Shown: positions 8,353-15,330 of the stretch, piece after piece | Numbering within the stretch: position 1 is the stretch's first letter | Layout of the letters: each line of letters begins with the position of its first letter | Assembly: GCA_012523685.1 (NCBI GenBank) | Contig: JAAYTR010000238.1 | Location: 9,567-33,566 of the forward strand | Direction of reading: 5' to 3' | Length of the DNA stretch: 24,000 nt | Source: Clostridiaceae bacterium | Lineage (GTDB): Bacteria; Bacillota; Clostridia; DSM-8532 | Made by a program: the position numbers and the translations under genes | Notes under the pieces: generated by a model | What the model saw: the letters and a program-made list of their open reading frames with translations, nothing else | Told to the model about the DNA's origin: nothing | Databases searched by the model: none

Positions 8353-9618
8353 ATGAGAAGAAAACAAAAAATATTACTTTCTGTTATTCTGCCAGCTTGC
8401 CTGGTTGCAGTGTTTTTTTTAGGCTACTTTTTCTCGGTAATTCAATTGATGTCATGGGATGTTTTTATATCAAAGCCTATAAATGAATGGTTTAAGCAGC
8501 AAAATGCAATATACTTTGATGCCGATCAAGTCGATGAATTGAATATTGAGGCATTTAATAAGGTAAAGAATGTACTGGAAAATAAATATTATAAAGAGGT
8601 TGATTTCAATGAAGCCTTCAGTCATGCGATTAAAGGCCTTTCGGCCGGTTTAGATGATCCGTATACGCTTTATTATACCCCTGAAGAAATGAAGGCTTAT
8701 CTGGAAGGGGTATCTGGGAATTATGTGGGCATTGGTGTATCGGTCCATATGGATGAAAATTATCTTCTTACCGTTGCCGATGTATTTGCCGATTCTCCGG
8801 CAAAGGAGGCAGGGATTCTTAAGAATGACAAAATTGTAAAGGTTGACAACGAAGATGTTACGACTATAAGAGATGCTGATCTGATAGTGAAAAAAATAAA
8901 AGGTGAACCGGATACCAAGGTAAGAATTACTATTTACAGACCTGATGAGAGAATATACAAGGAATTCGAGCTTATTAGAAGAGTTATTAATATTTCATGG
9001 ATTTCAAGCGAAGTATTGGATGAAGACATTGGATATATACACATTAAACAGTTTGATGATGATATTTATAGAGATTTTGAGGTGCATCTTAATAATCTGA
9101 TGGCAAAGGGAATCAGGGGTTTGGTTATAGATTTGAGAGATAACCCTGGAGGCTCGTATTATCAGGTTGCCCAAATTGCTGACCGTATTGTACCAAAGGG
9201 ATTAATTGTATATACTGAGGATCGTCATAAAAACAGAAGAGAACAGTATTCAGACGAAAGAGAATTAGAAATACCTTTAGCTGTGCTCGTCAACGGATAT
9301 AGTGCAAGTGCTTCAGAAATACTTGCAGCTTGTGTACAGGACTATGATAAGGGTATTATTGTAGGAACAAAAACATTCGGAAAGGGTCTTGTACAGGAAA
9401 TAGATATTGACTTTAAAAACGGTGGGGGCCTTAAATACACAAAAGCACGGTATTTCACTCCTTCCGGCAAAAGTATACATGGAGAAGGGGTTATACCTGA
9501 TGTAGAGATTGAATTAAGTGAAGAGTTTAACACTACATCAATTGAGGATATACCCCACGATAAGGATAACCAGCTTAAAATAGCAATTGCAGAAGTGATG
9601 GCGAAGATTAAAGAGTAG
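8353..9618 (+). CDS. S41-family C-terminal processing peptidase (Ctp) with PDZ domain
   Basis: N-terminal TM anchor, a PDZ region (GIGVSV...SPAKEAGILKNDKIVKV), the catalytic Ser context LVNGYSASASEILA, and Lys in TFGKG. Confidence 0.9.
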   Translation: MRRKQKILLSVILPACLVAVFFLGYFFSVIQLMSWDVFISKPINEWFKQQNAIYFDADQVDELNIEAFNKVKNVLENKYYKEVDFNEAFSHAIKGLSAGLDDPYTLYYTPEEMKAYLEGVSGNYVGIGVSVHMDENYLLTVADVFADSPAKEAGILKNDKIVKVDNEDVTTIRDADLIVKKIKGEPDTKVRITIYRPDERIYKEFELIRRVINISWISSEVLDEDIGYIHIKQFDDDIYRDFEVHLNNLMAKGIRGLVIDLRDNPGGSYYQVAQIADRIVPKGLIVYTEDRHKNRREQYSDERELEIPLAVLVNGYSASASEILAACVQDYDKGIIVGTKTFGKGLVQEIDIDFKNGGGLKYTKARYFTPSGKSIHGEGVIPDVEIELSEEFNTTSIEDIPHDKDNQLKIAIAEVMAKIKE

Positions 9619-9685
9619 GGACTTTTAATTATTACTGAATACCCATGAATATGATTGGCAATAATGTTTCATGGGGTGATAAAAT

Positions 9686-9841
9686 ATGATAAAAAAGGAT
9701 GAACAGCTTAAATTGGAAATAGCAAAAGAGCTGGGGTTGCTGGAGAAGATTCAGACAGAAGGCTGGAAAAGTCTGAGTTCTAAGGAAACAGGACGAATCG
9801 GAGGACTCGTATCAAGAAAAAAGAGATCCAGGGCAATTTAA
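9686..9841 (+). CDS. Small acid-soluble spore protein-like (alpha/beta-type SASP-like), 51 aa, not in the supplied ORF track
   Basis: MIKKDEQLKLEIAKELGLLEKIQTEGWKSLSSKETGRIGGLVSRKKRSRAI. Both conserved SASP blocks are recognisable (K-L-E-I-A-x-E-L-G and S-x-x-x-G-x-I-G-G-x-V). GGGGTGA SD lies 6-7 nt before the ATG. Confidence 0.55.
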   Translation: MIKKDEQLKLEIAKELGLLEKIQTEGWKSLSSKETGRIGGLVSRKKRSRAI

Positions 9842-9856
9842 GCTGCAGGTGCTTTA

Positions 9857-10597
9857 ATGTACACAAAATTTGCGGATTTTTATGATCGACTGACTCATGA
9901 CATCGATTACGTTAGATGGGCTGATTATTTACAATCAGCCTTTCGCAAATATGGGAAGGATCCAAAGCTGGTGCTGGAGCTGGGATGCGGTACCGGAAGC
10001 CTGGCTGTTGAACTGTCAAAAAGAGGCTATGATATGATCGCCCTTGACGCTTCAACCGCTATGCTTAACAAAGCATGTGAAAAAGCGCGTAAAGTTAATC
10101 TGGATATACTGTTTTTGAATCAGGATATGAGAAGCTTTGAGCTGTACGGCACAGTAGATGCTGTTGTTTGCCTTCTGGACTCTATTAATTATATAACATC
10201 TTTAAAAGATATTAAGACAGTATTTAAATTAGTAAATAATTATCTTAATCCGGGTGGGCTGTTTATTTTTGATGTCAACAGTCCATATAAACTTTCAACT
10301 GTTTTGGGCAACCAGACGTTCTATGAGTTTGATGAAGATATTTCATGGGTTTGGGTAAATACATACAACAGTAAAGACAAAACAACAACATTCGACCTTA
10401 CCTTTTTTGTTAAGAATGAAGATGGTCTTTATGAAAGATATGATGAAACTCATATAGAAAGAGCATTTACAGGAGAAGAGATCAGGGAGGCTCTTGCTTC
10501 TTCAGGACTTATTCTTATCGGAGAATTTGGAGATTTATGCTTTAAGGCACCCGCTGCAGATGAGGAACGCATTTTTTATATTGCGCAGAAAGCATGA
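9857..10597 (+). CDS. Class I SAM-dependent methyltransferase
   Basis: Motif I VLELGCGTG, an acidic residue at the end of beta-2 (IALDAS), and post-I/II motifs. 246 aa. Confidence 0.85.
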   Translation: MYTKFADFYDRLTHDIDYVRWADYLQSAFRKYGKDPKLVLELGCGTGSLAVELSKRGYDMIALDASTAMLNKACEKARKVNLDILFLNQDMRSFELYGTVDAVVCLLDSINYITSLKDIKTVFKLVNNYLNPGGLFIFDVNSPYKLSTVLGNQTFYEFDEDISWVWVNTYNSKDKTTTFDLTFFVKNEDGLYERYDETHIERAFTGEEIREALASSGLILIGEFGDLCFKAPAADEERIFYIAQKA

Positions 10598-10698
10598 CGT
10601 GGTTATAATCGATTATATAAAATAATACTTTTTCAAACATGCAGATTCAATATAATTTGCAATTACGATCTTTGAATTAAGGATATGGAGGGACAACC

Positions 10699-11130
10699 TT
10701 GGGAAGAAGAGAAACACGGGAAAATGCAATGAAATTACTTTACCAGGTTCAGATACAAAAGGACGATATTGAGGAACAGATAAATCGTTTCATTGAAGAA
10801 TATGAGATTAACGATACGCAGGATAAAGAGTATTTGCTTAACGTGGTAAACGGTGTTATTAACAATGAAGAGGAACTGGATAACCTGATTTCAATTCATG
10901 CCAAGGGATGGACCATTCATAGAATGCCCAAAGTGGATCTGGCTATTATGCGGCTTTCCTGCTACGAAATAAAATACAGAAGGGATATTCCGGTTAATGT
11001 ATCTATAAATGAAGCAGTAGAAATGGCTAAAAAATATAGTGGCGAACAATCCAAGACATTTGTTAACGGTGTATTAGGTAAAATATTTGCCGAATTAGCG
11101 GAAGATACCGCTATAGATTCGGAGGAATAA
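10699..11130 (+). CDS. nusB: Transcription antitermination factor NusB
   Basis: RRETRENAMKLLYQ N-terminus and the AVEMAKKYSGEQSKTFVNGVLG C-terminal block typical of NusB. TTG start with GGAGGG 7 nt upstream. Confidence 0.9.
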   Translation: MGRRETRENAMKLLYQVQIQKDDIEEQINRFIEEYEINDTQDKEYLLNVVNGVINNEEELDNLISIHAKGWTIHRMPKVDLAIMRLSCYEIKYRRDIPVNVSINEAVEMAKKYSGEQSKTFVNGVLGKIFAELAEDTAIDSEE

Positions 11131-12329
11131 TGATGGAAAGAACATTGACCGTAACTGAATTAACCACATATATAAAGCAGCTTGTTGATAGTGACATGCT
11201 GCTTTCTAATGTCTGGGTAACCGGTGAAATTTCAAATTACAAGCACCATACCTCCGGTCATATGTATTTTTCTCTGAAGGACCAGGGAGCGGTTATTAAA
11301 TGTGTAATGTTCAGAACACAAAACAGCCGGTTGAAATTCAGACCTGAAGAAGGAATGCGTGTATTAGCCAGGGGCTATGTGTCTGTTTATCCTCAGGGGG
11401 GAGCCTACCAGCTTTATGTTGACGATATGCAGCCTGATGGCATCGGTGCTTTGTACATGGCATTTGAACAGCTAAAAAAAAAGTTGGAAGCTCAAGGCCT
11501 TTTTGATGCCGGCCGTAAAAAGAAAATACCGGAATTGCCCCGGGCGGTTGGAGTAATAACATCACCTACCGGAGCGGTTATCAGGGATATAATTCATGTT
11601 TTAAACAGACGCTACCCTAATACCAGAATATTTATATACAGTGCAGCTGTTCAAGGTCCGGAAGCAGCCGGGCAATTAATTGAAGGTATCAGGTGCTTTA
11701 ACACAAAAAAGAACGTAGATGTAATAATCCTTGCCCGTGGCGGTGGTTCTCTGGAAGATTTATGGCCTTTTAATGACGAGGATTTAGCAATTGCCATTTC
11801 AAAATCAGAGATTCCTATAATATCCGCTGTAGGACATGAAACTGATTACTCAATATCAGACTATGTTGCTGATTTGAGAGCTCCTACTCCTTCTGCTGCA
11901 GCAGAACTGGTTATGCCGGAAAAAAAGGCTCTGAAAGAAGCATTGGCTACAAATGAAAAAAGGCTGATTAACTGTTTATCATTTGGTCTCAAAAAGGAAA
12001 GAGAAAGGTTATCAAGGCTGCAAAACACGAGGGGGCTGCAAAGACCGTTAGATGCAATTAATCAAAAAAGACAGAACCTGGATGTCATTGAAAGAAGCCT
12101 GGTTTTGCATGGCAGAACCGGGTTAGACAAAACCAGAACCTCATTAAAAACAGTAGTAGCGCGGTTAAATGCTTTAAACCCTCTGACCGTATTGAGCAGG
12201 GGATATGGCGTTATTCAAAATGAAAACGGTAAGCTGATACGGTCTGTCAAAGAATTAGAACCCGGCGATAAGCTGGTTGTAACAATGTCTGACGGCAAAT
12301 TCAGTGCTGTATGTGATAAAATACTTTAA
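11130..12329 (+). CDS. xseA: Exodeoxyribonuclease VII large subunit
   Basis: OB-fold N-terminus (VWVTGEISNYKHHTSGHMYFSLKD) and catalytic core (ARGGGSLEDLWPFNDE ... VGHETDYSISDYVADLRAPTPSAAAE). The start overlaps the nusB stop (TAATG). Confidence 0.95.
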   Translation: MMERTLTVTELTTYIKQLVDSDMLLSNVWVTGEISNYKHHTSGHMYFSLKDQGAVIKCVMFRTQNSRLKFRPEEGMRVLARGYVSVYPQGGAYQLYVDDMQPDGIGALYMAFEQLKKKLEAQGLFDAGRKKKIPELPRAVGVITSPTGAVIRDIIHVLNRRYPNTRIFIYSAAVQGPEAAGQLIEGIRCFNTKKNVDVIILARGGGSLEDLWPFNDEDLAIAISKSEIPIISAVGHETDYSISDYVADLRAPTPSAAAELVMPEKKALKEALATNEKRLINCLSFGLKKERERLSRLQNTRGLQRPLDAINQKRQNLDVIERSLVLHGRTGLDKTRTSLKTVVARLNALNPLTVLSRGYGVIQNENGKLIRSVKELEPGDKLVVTMSDGKFSAVCDKIL

Positions 12330-12346
12330 AGTCTGGAGGGATTTAA

Positions 12347-12592
12347 ATGGCTAAAAAGGAAGAGAAGGCTGATATTACATATGAGCAGGCTGTTCTGGAA
12401 TTGGAAAGTGTTGTTAATATGCTCGAAAGTGGAGACTTGCCCCTGGAGGAGTCAATAAAAATATTTGAAAAGGGAATTAGCCTTGTTCGGCTATGTAATA
12501 AAAAACTGGATGATATTGAGAAACGAATTACACTCTTGATTGAGGGAAAGGAAGGAATCATCGAGAAGGACTTTAGTTCCGATGATTTATAA
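12347..12592 (+). CDS. xseB: Exodeoxyribonuclease VII small subunit
   Basis: 81 aa. YEQAVLELESVVNMLESGDLPLEESIKIFEKGISLVRLC is the XseB helical hairpin signature. SD GGAGGG upstream. Confidence 0.9.
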   Translation: MAKKEEKADITYEQAVLELESVVNMLESGDLPLEESIKIFEKGISLVRLCNKKLDDIEKRITLLIEGKEGIIEKDFSSDDL

Positions 12593-12594
12593 GA

Positions 12595-13497
12595 ATGAGT
12601 TTTATTAACGAATATAAACAATATTTAGATATCGTGGAGGAATGGCTCAGAGGTGTACTCCCGCCGGAAAGTCTTTCAAATGATGACTTCCCTGAGAAAA
12701 AAATCTATGAAGCTATGAAATACAGCCTTATGGCAGGAGGAAAAAGGATCAGGCCTGTGTTATCTCTTGCTGTTTGTAATCTGCTCAACGGCGACATAAA
12801 AGAAGTTCTTCCTTTTGCCGGGGCTATTGAATTAATTCATACCTATTCGCTTATACATGACGATATTCCATGTATGGACAATGATGATTACAGAAGAGGT
12901 AAGCCCACTAATCATAAGGTGTTTGGTGAGGCTATGGCCGTTCTTGCAGGTGATGGCCTGTTAAATCTTGCTTTTGAGATCATGCTGAGAGAAACCATTA
13001 AAGGTGACAACAAGAATTTTTCCCGTCTGAAAACTGCCTATATGATATCCACGTCCTCCGGAGTTAAAGGAATGATTGGGGGACAGGTAATTGATATGGA
13101 ATCAGAAAAGACCGCTATTTCATATGATGTATTGTGTCAAATGCACAGAAAAAAGACCGGAGCATTAATCAGAGCTTCGGTGCTGGCACCGGCTATACTA
13201 CTTGATGCAGGGAAAGATATCGTTGATAAACTGGAGAACTATGCCGAAAATATAGGTCTTGCGTTTCAAATAAAAGATGATATTCTTGATTTTGAAGGTG
13301 ACAGTAAAATTGTAGGTAAATCAACAGGAAGTGATACTGTCAATAACAAATCTACATTTGTCAGCATATTGGGAATTGAAAAAGCGAAGGAACTTTTGAG
13401 AACTTCTGTTGAAAACGCAGTTAATGCATTGAATGGTATGAATAATAACAATTTTTTAGCTCAGATTGCGGTATTTATCGCAGAAAGAGATAAATGA
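12595..13497 (+). CDS. ispA: Farnesyl/geranylgeranyl diphosphate synthase (short-chain trans-prenyltransferase)
   Basis: First Asp-rich motif HDDIPCMDNDDYRRG and second FQIKDDILD. 300 aa. Confidence 0.9.
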   Translation: MSFINEYKQYLDIVEEWLRGVLPPESLSNDDFPEKKIYEAMKYSLMAGGKRIRPVLSLAVCNLLNGDIKEVLPFAGAIELIHTYSLIHDDIPCMDNDDYRRGKPTNHKVFGEAMAVLAGDGLLNLAFEIMLRETIKGDNKNFSRLKTAYMISTSSGVKGMIGGQVIDMESEKTAISYDVLCQMHRKKTGALIRASVLAPAILLDAGKDIVDKLENYAENIGLAFQIKDDILDFEGDSKIVGKSTGSDTVNNKSTFVSILGIEKAKELLRTSVENAVNALNGMNNNNFLAQIAVFIAERDK

Positions 13498-13524
13498 TCG
13501 AGGATTTATGAGGGAGATACAAAA

Positions 13525-13962
13525 TTGACACAGGTGGGAGCATTTTTTAACAATACGGCTATAACCCTGCCGATTCTTTCATGGTTTTTAGCCCAGTTAA
13601 TAAAATTTATCAATCATTTTCTTCAACACAGGAAAATTGATTTTAGAAAGTTTGTCGCTTCCGGAGGAATGCCAAGCTCACATAGTGCTATATCGGTGTG
13701 TCTTGCGGCTGTGATGGCTATAAAAAATGGATTTGCTTCGAGTGAATTTGCCATCTCTACCATACTGTCGTTTATTGTTATGGCTGATGCAACAGGTGTC
13801 AGAAGAGCGGCGGGGAAACAAGCGGAAGTCCTGAACAAGCTTGTATACCATTCGCGGGAAATCAGAGTGGACAAAGAGTTAAAGGTACTGCTCGGGCATA
13901 CACCGATACAAGTAATTGCCGGCGCAGCTTTGGGGATACTGGTAGCAATATTATTTGCATAA
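13525..13962 (+). CDS. Divergent PAP2-family membrane protein (acid phosphatase/vanadium-haloperoxidase-related, DUF212/YuiD-like)
   Basis: SGGMPSSHSA and GHTPIQV motifs with multiple TM helices. TTG start at 13525 behind GAGGGAG. Confidence 0.8.
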   Translation: MTQVGAFFNNTAITLPILSWFLAQLIKFINHFLQHRKIDFRKFVASGGMPSSHSAISVCLAAVMAIKNGFASSEFAISTILSFIVMADATGVRRAAGKQAEVLNKLVYHSREIRVDKELKVLLGHTPIQVIAGAALGILVAILFA

Positions 13963-13983
13963 AAAGTGCTTTTAGTGTATAAT
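13955..13983 (+). promoter_or_regulatory. Sigma-A-type promoter directly upstream of the large structured RNA
   Basis: TTGCAT (13955-13960, overlapping the stop codon of the PAP2-like gene), exact 17-nt spacer, TATAAT (13978-13983). The predicted start is ~13990, about 12-14 nt before the RNA closing helix. Confidence 0.55.
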
Positions 13984-14003
13984 ATTTTCTCAACGGTAAA
14001 CAT

Positions 14004-14615
14004 CAGGATGGTGCAGTATCCTAGTCAGTACTGCCTGCTTCGAAGACGGGCCTAAAAATCCGTTAAAGGGCACATCGATGAAGTTCCTTGTGCCGGCTTG
14101 TTACGCCCAGTGATGGGTTGGTGCTGGGAGTTAAGGTTTAGGGGCAGCCTGCAATGGCATGCGGGAACTGACCCCTTTACCGCGGAGACCCTTAATTGTG
14201 GAAGACAGATTGCCCCGCGAAAGCGATAAAAATCTTGACTACGATGAGGGAGTGAACCTGCCTTGCGGTATCACTTTTTGGTGCTGTGGGCAGTGTAGCC
14301 TGCCTTGAGTGTTGTTTGGAGGATAACGGGTCACGTGTTTATGTACTGGCCGGTACATAAGCAATATTGCCGTTTGAAACCAGCAATGCAAAAGAGGCTA
14401 GAGCAGGCACAGGCTCTCGGGGAAAACCCCTAGGCTGTTTGAATAAGGCAATCCGGGGATTGCAGTGTGGACTAAGTGGTAATCAGGCTTTGAGAAGGGT
14501 AACCTTTCAACAACGGATTTAAAGGGAAACCGCCGAAACGGCGACGATTCGGTATCTATTGGGGAAAACCTGCCTGACCTAAGCCGCAAAATTTACTCGG
14601 GTTGTTACCATCCTG
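14004..14615 (+). ncRNA. ole: Large (~612 nt) structured noncoding RNA, best interpreted as OLE (ornate, large, extremophilic) RNA
   Basis: There is no plus-strand ORF in the supplied 60-aa-cutoff track across 13963-14601. G+C hand-counted at 55-58% (14101-14220) versus ~32% just downstream (14641-14700). A 9-bp closing helix CAGGATGGT (14004-14012) / ACCATCCTG (14607-14615) encloses 12 or more local hairpins, including the GNRA-type CGC-GAAA-GCG (14216-14225) and an 11-bp stem at 14336-14363. It has its own promoter. The neighbourhood (nusB-xseA-xseB-ispA upstream, 4-TM gene-dxs-tlyA downstream) and the ~610-nt size match what is published for OLE. Boundaries are good to about +/-15 nt. Confidence 0.8.
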
Positions 14616-14634
14616 TTTTATTACTGATTTTTTT

Positions 14635-15312
14635 ATGATATTGAGAAAGCAGGATTTTTGCTTGGACCAGGAAAAAGCAGAAAAGAAATATATAAAACTT
14701 TTTGATAAATACAAGGGATTATCCGGTGAAAGTATTCCTGTTAAAAAAGGCTCTGGAATTGAAAAAAAGCATATATTTTGGGGTCTTTTTATTACAGCCG
14801 TTTCTTTTACATTGTCTATACTTATATTATTTGCATCCACAAGTATATTTAAATCAATATCTCCCCCTTTGGCTTTTTTGGTTGTATTGAGTATTATTTT
14901 AATCGGTGTAATTTTTGACATCATAGGGATGGCAGTCACTGCAGCCGATGAAACTCCTTTTCATTCAATGGCATCAAAAAAGATGAAAGGAGCAAGACAA
15001 TCAATTAATCTTTTGCGTAATGCCCCCAGAGTATCCAGCTTTTGCAACGACGTTGTGGGAGATATCTGCAGTGTTGTGAGTGGAGCTGCAGGTACAGCCA
15101 TTGTATACAAGCTTTTTGCAGATAGCGCAAATATTTCTTTGTTTGAAGTGGTGTTAGGCGCTTTAATAGCTGCTCTAACCGTTGGTGGAAAAGCCTTCGC
15201 AAAAAATATTGGCATAAATAATGCCAACTATATTGTTTATAAGGTTGGTCGTATAGTCGCAGTTTTCTCCAGGAAAAGCAAGACTAACAGGAAATGTAAG
15301 AAAAACTGCTGA
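14635..15312 (+). CDS. oapA: OLE-associated membrane protein OapA-like (four-TM protein)
   Basis: Lies immediately downstream of the structured RNA. Four predicted TM helices (FWGLFITAVSFTLSILILFAS; LAFLVVLSIILIGVIFDIIGMAV; FCNDVVGDICSVVSGAAGTAIVY; LFEVVLGALIAALTVGGKAFA). The Lys-rich N-terminal segment and basic C-tail are compatible with RNA contact. Start set at the first ATG (14635), because the track's TTG 14602 lies inside the RNA closing helix. No clear SD is present. Confidence 0.7.
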   Translation: MILRKQDFCLDQEKAEKKYIKLFDKYKGLSGESIPVKKGSGIEKKHIFWGLFITAVSFTLSILILFASTSIFKSISPPLAFLVVLSIILIGVIFDIIGMAVTAADETPFHSMASKKMKGARQSINLLRNAPRVSSFCNDVVGDICSVVSGAAGTAIVYKLFADSANISLFEVVLGALIAALTVGGKAFAKNIGINNANYIVYKVGRIVAVFSRKSKTNRKCKKNC

Positions 15313-15330
15313 TTTGAGGTGTAGCTTTAG

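Noticed and set aside
8292-8486. 64-aa plus-strand ORF overlapping the start of the S41 protease gene
   Set aside because: It is in a different frame from the well-supported ctp CDS. It begins at a TTG that doubles as the -35 hexamer of a candidate promoter, and its product has a low-complexity, unconvincing sequence.
10604-10617. Perfect 14-nt palindrome TATAATCGATTATA after the methyltransferase gene
   Set aside because: An AT-rich inverted TATAAT pair with no loop and no supporting -35 or repeat elsewhere in the window. It could be a chance palindrome or -10 element, and I cannot support a function.
14602-14634. TTG 14602 as the start of the oapA-like CDS
   Set aside because: The codon lies just upstream of the 3' arm of the RNA closing helix, and the first few codons would run through that arm (14607-14615). 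No SD precedes it. The first ATG (14635) is more plausible, although it is also unproven.
14398-14939. Minus-strand ORFs 14398-14589 (63 aa) and 14556-14939 (127 aa) from the track
   Set aside because: They run antisense through the structured RNA and through the oapA-like gene. They lack SD sites and have odd composition. The plus-strand explanations (RNA helices, four-TM protein) account for the sequence much better.
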